This document shows, one piece after another, positions 51,500 to 64,000 of a stretch of DNA of 64,000 nt; position 1 is the first letter of the stretch; the number at the start of each line of letters is the position of its first letter. The stretch comes from Eledone cirrhosa. Lineage: Eukaryota. The stretch covers positions 188,976,001 through 189,040,000 of the forward strand of contig OZ024743.1 of the NCBI GenBank assembly GCA_964016885.1, read 5' to 3'. The notes under the pieces were generated by a model. It was given only the letters and a program-made list of their open reading frames with translations, was not told where the DNA came from and made no database searches. The translations under genes and the position numbers were made by a program.

Positions 51500-54323
51500 A
51501 GATCATTCTTAAATATTTTTTAAACCAAAAGTAGAAAGACACAGTGGATAAATTGGGGCTGGTTATATTGTATCTAGAAAATAAAACAAGACAAGATGGT
51601 TACAGGTGGAATGTAATTAATCATAGACCTCCTAGATCAGATTAACTTGTGGTTAAATAAGTACATCCTCTGCCAAATTTATTAATAATTTTCACTTCTA
51701 TTATAGCAAGTACAGTTACTATCATTATTACCAGCATTTTCATCCTCATCAGCTTTACATACTCAACTGTTCGATACTGGTGACATAGTAATAACATGAA
51801 CTTCGAAAAGTCACTGAGTTGCTATGATTATGTTGACAACAAATTACCAAGGGGAGATGACTGAGGTTATTCGGTCATACAGGCAACTACTAACAGAACT
51901 ACTATAACTAGTCTATGTCCACATACAGACATACATACAGATGATCATTATAAATAATGGTTGTGAATATCAGGTAAAAGACAAAAATACTTGTAAGGAA
52001 TGGAACACTATCTCTCAGATGCTGGTCAAGTGCATTAACTACTATGATAAAAAGTACCACTAATTCTGCCTTTTTAGAAGATTTTAATTCTATGTCTACG
52101 AGTGTAATCAACTGGCTAACTTAACAAAAATTTCTGTGTTCTTTAACTCAACCAATTATTTACACTGCTGTTTATAATGTTGTGCTGATTTCCCAGACTA
52201 TGTTATGTAAGTTCTCCTTTGGAGATGAGATAAATTATAAACATCATACATTCCTTGCTTAATAAGAAAGGACATATCAGCTTCATATGAATATTTTCCA
52301 CTAAAACTAATTACTCCCACACAACAGCCAGCACCAAGAATTATTATCAACAAAACACTCACAACGGAAAATATTAAATTTCCTATACTCCTTAAAATCA
52401 ACACATAATAGTGAAATCTCAAAATAGTGCTTCTCTGAACACAGTGAAAATCCACAACACACAGAAATTAATCACACAAGATAAAGAAAGTATTTCTAGA
52501 TGCTAACATGAAATTCATTCTAAAATCAAAATATTCTCATAAAGACACAACATTATCAGAACACAAGAAAATTTATCAAAAAGGGGAAATAACATACATC
52601 AATACACGCAATATATTTCACAGATTCTAACAAAGATTCTTTTTTTCTCAGGTCCAACAGGTGTTTGGTGTTGGTGTTGGTGAAAATATTGGTGAAAACA
52701 TGACCAAAAACTGAAGACTTCTTTCTTGATGTCAACTAATCTATTGAGGGTGCTTCTATGAAATCATTTCACCTGCTCTTGTCAAATAGTCAAATATCTC
52801 TTGATCAATCAAGAGCTGCTTCTTTGATGGGGAAGTAAAAATGGTTTAACACATTAGAATTTACATTATACTATAGTTACTATTATATTTTTACGGTAAA
52901 TGCTTTACCTCACATAATTATATCACATAATACTGAATCTATAAGATTTTGATATTATTTATTTTGAGAACAATACCGTAACTATAGTATGAGTGGCCGG
53001 TTACAGCCGGTTTGAACGGAAAAAAATTAGGCCAGGTACGGCTGATTTAAATGCTAAAGGGTTAGTTAAAAATGTGTTGAAGCAGCATTTTATGGATTAT
53101 GCTTTCAAATCCACTGCATTTGTTTCAAATCAAAATGGTTAATTTTACATTCCTTATATTCACTGATCTCTCTGAGATATAATCCAGTAGATGATAATCT
53201 TAACAAGATAAGTTTCTTTACATTGGAATGCAGCGGTTGAAAACTGTCTATCAGGAGCTGTTCAAGTCTTATTAGACATTATTGATCACATTCGAATTTG
53301 ACATGAATAAGTTATAAAATAGAGGCTACCTTGCATCACAATAAAAATGAGATAACCATGGCTATAAATGATAATTTATTGCTTTTATCAATTAGCAATA
53401 ATTGTTCAAGCACTACATATGCTTGCGCACTGCAAAAGCAATGAGAATATAAAACTTATACTCAAATAATGCTGCACTATATAAAGCCAAGCCAAGAAGC
53501 GAGCCATTACACCAAGTTGATGTACATACCTAAACAACCACTAAACAACCACATAAAAATACATAACTGAGGGGCTTATAGGAATTATATTAGCAGTGCA
53601 AGATCAAGATATATATACACAAATTAATACATCTATTTCAGGATACTACTATAAGTGATAGGGTATATTTGTGTATATATATCTTGATCTTGCACTGCTA
53701 ATATAATTCCTTCCATTTCTTTCTTTACTATTATTATTGTTATTCGTAACGCTTTTGTTCTGGTGGATGTTATACTAACACTATACCAAAAGAGCGAGCC
53801 ACAGCCAATGGACAAAGGTCCTTAAGGTCATTCCTTCTCCTTGAACATTGTTTTCTGCAACAATCCCTTCATAATGGTAATTCCTAGCTTCTCAAGCCAT
53901 GCATCCAACCTTCTGCTAACTGTTCCCAGTTCACAAACCACAATCAGTACCACCTCTACGTGTCTGATTCTCCACAGTTTTCTGATTTCTCTCTTCAGCT
54001 CCTGGTTTTTCTCGACTTTCTTACTTTCTTTCTCATTATCCCTGTGGTCCTATTGTGAAGCAGTATCACAATGCATGCCTTATTGTTGTTCTTTTCTTTG
54101 ACAAAAATGTTTGGCTTTCTAGCTACGGTAACATGATCACACTGGATGGTCATTTCCTACAATTCATACTATTCATTTTCAGCCACACTTTGCGGTTTGG
54201 GTTCATACCATTTCTCACTTCTGCTCATGTCATACTTATGACAGAGCTTCCAATAAACCAATCTGGCAATGTTATCATGACTTCTCTTGTAGTTTTTCTG
54301 TGCAAGCATGTTATATTCACTAA

Positions 54324-54514
54324 TAATTATTTCTACTTTTGGCACAAGGCCAGCAATTACCCAGTGCATTACTGGTACTTTATTTTATCGACCCCATAAG
54401 GATGAAAGGCAAAGTTAACCTCAGCGGGATTTGAAATCAGAATGGCAAGGGCGGTAACTCTATGCGTCAAGGCATGGCGTCCGACCCTCTACCGATATTG
54501 CCAATCCATGGGGA
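54324..54514 (-). mobile_element. SINE family A nested in the R4-like element
   Basis: Matches 44720-44912; TSD ATTCACTAA at 54315-54323 and 54515-54523. Confidence 0.88.
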
Positions 54515-55079
54515 ATTCACTAACTTGTCAATATTGAACTGCAAAAATAAGGGCCTCGGTTTCATCTTTCAAGTCACATTTCTTAGTCGATTCCTAGTTC
54601 CTATCTTTGTCAACTGTCTCAGGCACTTCACGTATGAATTGATTATATATATTTTTTCCTCCCATCTATTAAAAGTGTCATTCCATCTGTTTTGTTTAAA
54701 TTCTCCCCTTTCCTTTGCTTCATCACTACTTAGGACTTTTATCTTTCTTACTCCTGCCATCAATCTCTCCTTTGAATTCATTACATACCATGCCAATTTT
54801 TTTGCTCCGTCTTCACACACATTTCACAGCTAAAGAGACCTTTTTTTCTCTCTGTTGTGATAGCCACAACCTGTCCACATCACTTTTTGGGGTGTAGAGC
54901 CCCTTGTAGTGTCATCATTTTTCTATTTTTTCTATCAAACTCGTTAAGTTCATCACATCAGTACTATACCTTAGCACTACAACAACCTGTGTGTTGATAG
55001 GCAGCATCTTGTTCCTACCACTTAACTTCGTCTTAAACAGCAACTTCAGTCTCCATTTATATTCCTTTGATGATAGTTC

Positions 55080-55372
55080 TATAGGGAATTGGTCACAGGG
55101 TTATTTACTTTGGTAAACGCCACTGCAGGCCAACCACTAATTAAATTTGATACAGATATAATAAGGTTAAGGTGCAAAATCTCACCGTCACATGTACGTG
55201 TTGCTGGTTCGAAGTCCCTGGTGCGAGAGAGAGAGATTCTTCAAATCTTCGTGGGTAATTTCTCTCTCAGGACGCGTAGGGATACATCCTCTTCTGCTGG
55301 CGCTGATTGGCTGAGCTGAGCCAAATCACGCACAGAGAATGTATGTGAGCCTGCGGAATGTAGGTCACTACA
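55080..55372. mobile_element. Candidate solo LTR nested in the R4-like element
   Basis: Termini TATAGGGA...TCACTACA (imperfect inverted, TG..CA-like); 4-bp TSD GTTC; removal restores the R4 frame MKELSSKEY. Confidence 0.6.
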
Positions 55373-57439
55373 GTTCTTTCATTTCCTTCTCTTTCATTTG
55401 GTTTGTTTCTAGGATGCCCAAGTACTTATATCTGTTGTCATCAATTTCTATCATAATGTGTCCATCTGGTAACTCAATTCCTTCCATCTTATTTATTCTA
55501 CCTCGCTTCAGTAGTAGCACCCTACACTTTTTTATGCCAAATTCCATTCTTATGTCTGTACTGAACTGTCTGTACAAGGGAATCAATATGTTCATAGGAT
55601 TTCCCACAAAGTTTTAAGTCATCCATGAACAGCAGGTGGTTTATCTTAAACTTGCATCCTCCCTACTCGTAACCAGCCCTTGACATTCTAAACACCAATG
55701 AAATTGGAACCATACACAGTAAAAATAGCAAAGGTGAATGACTATCTCCGTGAAATATTCTTCTCTTTATATTCACAACTCCCAATCATTGTCTAGATGA
55801 TGATGCCAGCTCTGTCTTTCAACCATCCATACTGCTCACAAGAAACTGTCTAATGTTAGCTGCAATAACACACATTTTGAAGCATTCTACTATCCAGCTA
55901 TGCGGCACAATATCGTAAGCCTTATGGTAATTGATCCAGGCCTTGGCAAGATTTGTGTCTTTCCTTTTACAATCTTTAAGTTATGTCGATAATTTGGGCC
56001 TCTTTTTCTTCTTGTTCACAACTAAGTAGAGTTTTCAATACCAGTCTTTGAAATCCAATTTTACATTCCCTTTGTCATAACCTGAAGAGTTTCAATAACT
56101 TCCACGATGACCTCTGCCCTATTAAATTGCCCGAATAATTTTATTACATATTTCAGGGTTTTCCATCCTTTTCATTCCCTTTTTCTGCAACCTTGTCATC
56201 TTCAGGTATTGCTATGTCAATCAATGTCTTTTTTCTCTTCTCTACCAGTATCAAATCAGGTCTTCTTGCTGTGATATTCTCATCACATTTTATGTTCAAG
56301 ACCCATAACATCTTCACACTTTGATTTTCCAGCATGACCTTAGGTTGGTGCCATACCATTTTTTACTATTTTATTATTATTGTTGTTGTTGTTATGTTTC
56401 TACTGCAATGAGAGTCAAACCTGACTTTGGCAGCAAATACAGTAAATCATTCAGAGAAAACTTCTGCTATTTTTATAAATAATTATTGTAATCATTGAAA
56501 CAAATACATTCCTGGCAAATTAAAAGTAGATAATCAAATAACCGTCCAGGTTAAGTCAACATTAACAAAAATGGGATCAAAAGCTTAAGATAAATAACAA
56601 TCACATATATATATAGAGAGCTTCATGTTATATACAAGTACGATGCCACGCATGTGGAATCTCTCCAACATAATTCTAATCTTAAAACCAAATAAAAGCA
56701 GACTTAAGCCTGGGATAATGATACAGACTGAAAATACAGAAGACTTCATTAAAAGTTACTTTCAAAGACATGGTGTTTAACTCTAGCGTCTATAGTATTA
56801 AGTAAATGAAATTAATTCTTATCTAGCATCCCACTATCTTTTTCAGCTTGCAATTCTGTTAACTCTATAATTACTAAATTATCAATATGCAAGAATAGAA
56901 ATTATTTATTGGATTTTTCATCAACTTTTGGGACAACTGTAAGTGGTTTGAAGACTGAAAAAGTTTATCCTAAGACTAGAGACGTGGAACACATGTTTAC
57001 AATGGATTACACTGAAGACAATGAAGGGACAGTTGAGGATTTTAAGCAAGAGGTGGCTTAAGTCTACCATCACACAAAAATGAGCAAGGAATATGTTCAA
57101 TGTAGAATATATATATATACAACCGTCATTTATAAATGTGTGTGTGTGTTCATGTGTAAGATCTTGAGTAAGTATCAGCTTCAGGTCGACCCATGCCTTG
57201 TGAGTGAAACTGAATAGATGGAAACTTTTTGGCAGCCTATCAGATGGACTTCACCTGTAATTCAAATGCTAGCCATGTCACACACTGTATTATGCTGAAT
57301 CTCCTTCATAATTATGCTAAGAGTATACATGACTGTGAAATGCTCAACCACTTACACAATTTTACAAGTAGATCGTTCCATTGATTGAAAAACTGGAACA
57401 TTCATTTTTGAAACTAACTGAGGTCTATTGTTATGCATG

Positions 57440-58620
57440 AGAAATGGATATGGCATGAAACCATCTAGCTCTAAGGAGTAGATGATACTGCAGTAGTTGT
57501 AGTAAAGACAGAGATAGGAGACAGCAAGCATATCATTGGACCAGCATATCATTTGAGTAGCTTTTTATAAATGCAATATAGGATATCTTCACATGTAGCA
57601 GCAGATGTGGGAGCAGTTCTCCATTGTGGATCTTGCTTGAACTTAATAAGAAGTTAGTAGTTTAGATGTGCTGAAATATTTAAAGATTTTGATGCAATTC
57701 CAGTAATGTTGAGGACGTGTATTTGCTGGAGAAGAACCTCAATGATAGTAAGTCCAAACATTCATAGTTACTTTGAGAATTATATTTGCATGTTACTCCT
57801 GTTTCGAGAAAATATAATAATGTATATTTTGTATGTGCTGGAATTCTGCTTTTTTGTTTTTGAATGAGATAAAATTAACATTGGAAGATGTTTTTTAGAT
57901 CTGTGTTTGTGGAGTCAGTGCAGATGTGAAAGGGATTATCTAGGTTGCATACAGATAATGCGGGGATGTGGAAAATTACAGAGGAATGGATGTTGGTATT
58001 TTCTGTATAGCAGTGGGTGTTGTTGGAGGTGATAGGAAGTAAGGAATTGACATTGAGAGGAAAAGTGGAAGCGGCTAAAACCAATCCATGGGACACACTG
58101 GAGTTAATAGAAAATGGATCAGAGAAGACTCCATCAGTATATAGTGTGATAGGGCAATTTCAAAGGGAGTCACTCATAAAAAATATAAGAAACATGAACT
58201 CTTTAGGCAGGCTGTTTGCCAGATTTGCATTACATAGCCAAATGATTTGCAGATGTCAATGGAAACAACACTATCTTTATTAAGTTTAATAGTATTGAGA
58301 AGCCACCAGTGAGTGACATACAGGTGTGGGTCTCCAGTAAATTTAACTTCATGAAAGCTGTGCTGGGGGTCATTAAGGTGGGTCAGGGATGAAGCACATT
58401 TATTGCCAGGGATAGTTATAGAATTGGTGGAGTTATGATGAGTCAACTGGTTTGAAGTGCCATAGGTCCCAGAAGTAGTGCTGTTGCATAGTGTGAGGAT
58501 GCATTTAGGGAGTGACAATGCAAAGATCAGATAGGTCAATAGATTTAGAGATTGGGATGGTGTGATGCAATGGAACATAGATGTAAGGTTTTGGTACTAT
58601 CTGTCTGTCAATCAGGAATT
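57440..58620 (-). pseudogene. Very old CR1/L2-group RT remnant
   Basis: Decayed motifs QHSFH...TGD...VTHWW, SIDICKSF, SHGLVLAASTFPL and HCYTEN, in RT motif order. Confidence 0.55.
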
Positions 58621-58974
58621 GATGTGTGAGTAAATGAATAAACTAGTAGATTTGGCTTCTGTACTAGGGGCTGAGATAATCACAAGATCCCAAAATAGTT
58701 GAGAGTATTAAAATTACCAATAATAATGCAAAGATTCATGAAATGAGATAGGTATTATCAAGACAGGAAGATTTAGTTTTACAGTATTTTTGACAGTAAA
58801 AGGATTTTAGAAAGTGGTGGAATAACAAAATGCATTTGAAAAAGTGGATGAGTACAACTTTAAGCTAAAGCAACTGAAGGTAGTTATTAATATCTTGGTG
58901 AGAGAGATAAATTTTAGTCATGTGTAGACACAAACTTTCAGACTGAAATTTAAATACAGTGTATAGTCTAGACC

Positions 58975-59420
58975 AGAGATGAGGAACCTATGGTCTTAAG
59001 GCCACGTGTAGCTTTTATGCCATTATGTGTGACTTTTTGAAAAAAATCAAAAAATTACCACAAATTTTATAATTTTATTAATGTTTTTGTCTATCCCATA
59101 TTATTTTAATTCAAACCATAAGATGAACGTATTTTAAACATTATACAGGCACATTCATGTGAATCATTTGAAGAATACACAGCTGTTATAGACCTATTCA
59201 TATAATGAAATTTTCACTAGTTTTGAAAATCATGACATCAACCTCACCTAGTTGATATCTCCGAGATTCCCAAAGAATTACAGATTGAATTGATTGTGCC
59301 CTCAGAAGATGATATTATAAAAATCTGTATTTGAAACTGAGAAAGCTCCAATTGAGATATGGAAATATGTAATAGAATACCCATACCTTTGGCAACATGC
59401 ACGATCAATACTCTCTGGCT
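58975..59420 (+). mobile_element. Possible hAT/Charlie-like DNA transposon remnant
   Basis: CAGAGATGAGGAACCTATGG...GGCCAC end and a PKELQIELI peptide. Confidence 0.35.
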
Positions 59421-60622
59421 TTTCAACCACTTATTGCTGCAAATCTACATTCTCCTACCTAAGCAAAATCATGACACCTTTGAGATCACAGATGGCAAAT
59501 GCCCATCTAGAGGTTCAGTTGAAACTTTGGACCTCCATGTTTCAATCAAATATCAAAATATCAGTTTTAATGTATAGAATATAATAGAATTTTCAGAACA
59601 AATTGTTTCCTTACTGCATTCCAAATGTAAATATTCTTAATCAGTTTATTTTCTCATCAGAATTTTAAATCATTCTCTGCATGACTGCTCAAATCAGCTG
59701 TTTTATACCTGACCCACATGTTTGTAGAGCTGAGACAAAGACTACCTGATAAATAACTATCACTGCCAGCTTCTTACTATTGCTAATCATACAAAACTAT
59801 GCTTTCCATTGGCTCAGCTAGACAAGAACTTGCAGAGATAAGAAATGCTTTGTCCACACCAGAATAACAATAGTAAGACATGGCTTCTAACCAAATAGTT
59901 AATACTCTAGCACACAACTGCCACATATAGTGTGTCACTTTGTAATTTATTTTCCACTAACTTAGAGAAAAAACGACAGTGGTGTGTGTTATAGTTTCCA
60001 GAGTCTCTGTGACACATTTAAGGAAATAAATTATGTTTATACTGAAGAAATGGACCAAATGCTCGCAACAGAGTGAACTCTGCTAAATACACTTATGGTG
60101 GCCAGTTGGTGATATTAAAACTGGTTATAGAGTAAGGCTGTCAACCACAAATTATAAAAAGACAATATAAACAAGCAAATACATGAAAATACATGACAGA
60201 AGAAAACAATTCCTAACCTCCCACTGAAATCAATATATGCTGTTTTCTTGCATGAACAAATTGAATTGGTGGTTGAAATGTTGTAACTTAAATAATACTT
60301 AGTTGTTGGATATTGTATGAAACATGTAAAAATCTCATTTATCAAAATTTTGTTGATAGGATTTGTGTGATTTTTATTAGATTTACTAATTGACAAGTCT
60401 CATATTACACAAGTGCTTTCCATTAATTTGTAGTCATCATCATTTGTATAACAATTACAAAAACAGTTTGGCCACAGATTTTAGGACTACAACAAGCAGC
60501 AGTGAAAATAATGAAAAACGAATCAAGTTCATATTTGTATGTTTATGCATATTTATGTATGTGTGTGCATTTTTGCATGCATACATACAAATACTATGTG
60601 CATAAACACAAACACATGCAGA

Positions 60623-60666
<44 letters not shown>

Positions 60667-60672
60667 CATATA

Positions 60673-60751
60673 CAGGGTGTCTCCCAAATATGTATACACA
60701 CTTCAACAGCATTCTAATTGAAGAGTGTATACATTGGTTTGGGACACGCTG
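60673..60751. mobile_element. Tc1/mariner-like mini-MITE; a single related end lies at 22275-22324
   Basis: TA-CAGGGTGTCTCCCAAA...TTTGGGACACGCTG imperfect TIRs enclosing a hairpin. Confidence 0.55.
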
Positions 60752-61068
60752 TGTATATAGACTACTTATGTGTGCGTATGAAAAATCTAAAAAATAGACA
60801 TAAAATGGTAGAGCCAAAGAGACAATGTGGTGACAATGTAGTGTCTTAGACATTTGAAGCCTGGTGGCACTTATCAATATCCAGGTTTGATAACAGCTGG
60901 TTTTGCTAGAGAGTAATAGAGAGGAAGTGAGAAAATGATATAGAAGAAAAATCTACACCAGTACAGGACTGGTACAATTTTATCGACCTCAAAATAAAGA
61001 AAGGTAAACTTGAACATTTTGTGATTTTGAAAGCAAAGTACAAAGGGCCAGAATGAATGCCACAAAGC

Positions 61069-61109
<41 letters not shown>

Positions 61110-61110
61110 A

Positions 61111-61415
61111 AAGGCACATGGCTTAGGAGTTAGAGAGATGGGCGTGCAATCGGTAGGTGGTGAGATTGGGTTAAGTGTTGTGTCTTTGAGCAAGACACTT
61201 TATTTCACATTGAACCAGTTTAATCAGTTGTAGAAATGAGTTGCGATGTTACTGGTGCCAAGCTGTATTGGCCATTGTTTTTCCCTTGGATAACATCAGT
61301 AGCAAGGAGAGGGGAGTCTGGTATGCCTGCATGACTGCTGGTGTTTCACAAACAATCTGGCCCAGACATGTGCCTCTGAGGTACAAATCTTATGGCCATT
61401 CGTGACCAAAGGGGG
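61111..61415 (+). mobile_element. CORE-like SINE with a family B head and a different tail
   Basis: GGCACATGGCTTAG...TTGAGCAAGACACTTTATTTCAC, then diverges from 47506-47829. Confidence 0.65.
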
Positions 61416-61433
61416 TGTTTACTCTCTTCACCC

Positions 61434-61514
<81 letters not shown>

Positions 61515-61515
<1 letters not shown>

Positions 61516-63190
61516 CATCATCATCATCCAGTTTTTTTATCATGCAGGACACAATTAATCCCTAAGTAGTGTTGGGTCCTGCCTGTCAGCAGTCTGTAGC
61601 ATCCCCACTCCACATATTTCTGTCTGCCGGTCTCTCGTGGGCCAGGCCAAGCCTAGCTTGATACCAATGGACATCCTCCATCAAAGTCTTTTTTGGTCAT
61701 CCTGGGCCTCTACTGCCTCCTGGATCAATATTCATTACTTTGTTGATCCAGCCTTCACTATGCTTGACATAGCCGTACCAGCACATGTATCGCATGTGAA
61801 GCACTTCTTCAAGGTCGTCAATCAGCATACTTTTCAGGAGCTCAGTTGAACTGAAATCACCCTCAGTGGTCACAATGCACATCCAGCTGACCATAGCTCT
61901 GTCATTTCTTCTGAGTCAATTCAGACAGTCAGATGATATAAACAAGGTCTCACTGTTGTGAAGCAACATGCTTCTCACATAGGTAGATAGATATGTAACG
62001 TGCTGAATTTGGAAAAAGCTTAGCCACAAAGTTTGAATGCTTTACTGTCTCTGATGTGATACTTCATGCCTGTTTGTACTGCAAGTGCAAGAACGAGGAC
62101 TTACTTCTGAGCCAAGTCTTGTAGGCCTTCCTTGTTCTTTGCTGCTCAGGTGGTACCTTTGACAACTTACTTGAACCAAGTGTCCTCCTGCCATCCTCCA
62201 CCATACCGAGACTCTTTTGCCCACAACATTTAATAGCTGAAGCAGAAACTGCTGAGCTGAACAACCCCCTCTCTGTCTGAGTGTCCTCAGTTTCCCCAGG
62301 GAAGTTTCTGAATTTGGATGCAATAATATCTGCCTACCTGGTCTTGACTTCCTTATCCACCAACATTTCTCAGTTTATCTTGTAAGTCACCCTGAACCTG
62401 CCAGTTTTGTGGACTTCTTTTGTGTTAAGTAGTCCCAAGCTGGGGATAATTGAATGGTGATCAGATGGCAGCTTAGCACCTCTCTTTACATGGATATATA
62501 GCACAGAATGGAAGACATCATAGACAATAATAAAATCAATTATTTATTTGTTCCTAATTCCCCTTATACCATGTATATTTATGGCTGTCTGTGTGCTGGA
62601 TGAAGGTGTTCATAATAGAGCGTCCATTGCAAGAACAGGAGCTTAATAAGGCCTCTAAATTCATATTTCGGTCAGGTCATTGATCCTTCAAATCAATCTT
62701 TTCCGTCTGGGTATATGACTCAGAAGGAAGGTAGGTGTAAAAGCCAAACATATCTATCTTCAATTCAGTTTTCATGCCAACTCTTACCTATGATCATGAA
62801 ACTTGAGTAATGATCAAAAGAATACGATTGTGAATACAAGTGGCTGAAATGGGGTTCTTCTGAATGGTCTTTGGAGTAACATTACTTGACAGAGTGCAAA
62901 GCTTGAAGATCAGAGAGTCACTCGATGTAGAGATGCTACTTCTCCAAATTGACAGATCACAGCTCTGATATTAAGGGTACGTAGTTAGAATGTTTTATGG
63001 CAAAACCAACTGACAGGAGATCCAGGGGCAGATCCTGAGCAAAATAGTTGTATAACATCCATGAGCTTGGCTAGTTTCACTTGGGGATCCTGCCAGATCG
63101 GTTGGGGAAGGTTACTTCTGATAGGACCTGCTGGAAGGACTGTTTGGGGACTCTGTCTAAATGACCCTCTCAGGAATAAATGGGCAAAGA
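61515..63190. pseudogene. Decayed RTE-type LINE remnants in both orientations
   Basis: MVSWMC...WYGYV (61697..61894, minus). APE-like remnant 62030-62640 (minus). PTLTY-HET...EMGF fragment ~62775-62900 (plus). Confidence 0.5.
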
Positions 63191-64000
63191 AGAAGATTTC
63201 ATATATATATATATAGAGAGAGAGAATTATATCATTATTAAGTTTCCGTTAGTAAAATCAACTAATTTGATTATGTAACAAGAATCTGAAGCCGCTTACA
63301 GTGGTGTTTTACTCAACGGTCAAATTATTTCATTTGGTAGTCCCACTATAGGTTCCAAATGTAACAATTTATGGAGTTTATATAGAAATTTACAAATTAT
63401 TATTTAAAACTTCACAATCTAGAACAGTGGGAATAAAATTTATTGCATAAATCTAACACGTGTTTTATCGTATGTGTTACATACGATAAATATAGCAAAT
63501 ATTTGACTATTTAAATCAAATGACATCGAATCCAATACACTTATAAAATCGTATGAAGTTACAACAAATTTTCAAACTGGAATAAGAGCTGTTTCACTTA
63601 TAGATATATATAGAAGTCAAGCAAGAATTAAAGGAAACAGAAAAAAAGAAAAGAGAAAACGTGATTAAGTAAAGGAAAAAGAAAGAGGAAGAAACACGTG
63701 AAATAATAGAGAGGGAGTGGTACATGGAGGATAGTATTTTAGACAGAAAGACATAAACAGCAAAATTTTCGGAAAAAAAAAATCGAGATTTTTAAAAAGA
63801 ATATTTTTATAAACTTTTAAAGAAAAATTTGAAGAAAATATTTGAAAGATTTGAGGAAAATGTTTGAGAAATTTTATGAAAAGTTTTGAATTTTGCGTGA
63901 AATGATTTATAATATTTGCTGAAACATTTTATAAAATATTGCCGAAATATTTTGAGGAAGATTTTGTGGAAACGTTTTGAAAAATTGTTAGGAAATCTTT

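Larger units (their letters stand above)
53780..56370 (-). mobile_element. Decayed R4/Dong-like (RLE-type) non-LTR retrotransposon fragments
   Basis: INHLLFMDDLKL (~55612-55645), FSTDIRMEFGIKKC, YKYLGI, YKRSHDNIARLVYWKLC, and RLE motif ARRPDLILV...LIDIAIP (56153..56359). Confidence 0.8.

Noticed and set aside
52638-52715. Host exon after a pyrimidine-rich CAG acceptor
   Set aside because: Short, hits a stop, no donor site or protein similarity recognised.
63760-64000. CRISPR-like or coding repeat
   Set aside because: Degenerate ~11-bp AT-rich minisatellite-like sequence without constant repeats or unique spacers.

Overview
AT-rich eukaryotic DNA with no recognisable host protein-coding gene. 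The microsatellite load and SINE content suggest an invertebrate, probably an octopus or other cephalopod (inference). Most of the long I/Y/H/T-rich ORFs are translations of (TA)n/(TACA)n/(CA)n microsatellites. The real content is retroelements: two near-full-length RTE LINEs plus a 3' fragment; three copies of a bipartite non-autonomous RTE derivative; two CR1/L2-group LINE fragments; a second RTE family sharing its tail with a tRNA-derived SINE; an R4/Dong-like remnant with nested insertions; a near-complete Penelope-like element (PLE) with pLTRs; and a Naiad-type GIY-YIG fragment. There are two main observations. First, about 13 minimal type I hammerhead ribozyme (HHR) motifs, intact or decayed and from several sequence families, lie in non-coding islands within (TA)n; they include a head-to-tail tandem (48943-49887) with one HHR per unit that looks like a non-LTR retrozyme able to release a 448-nt monomer. 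Second, the PLE has a 436-aa upstream ORF joined to its RT-GIY-YIG frame at an in-frame T TTT TTA slippery heptamer, which suggests programmed -1 frameshifting. All folds and alignments were read by eye.
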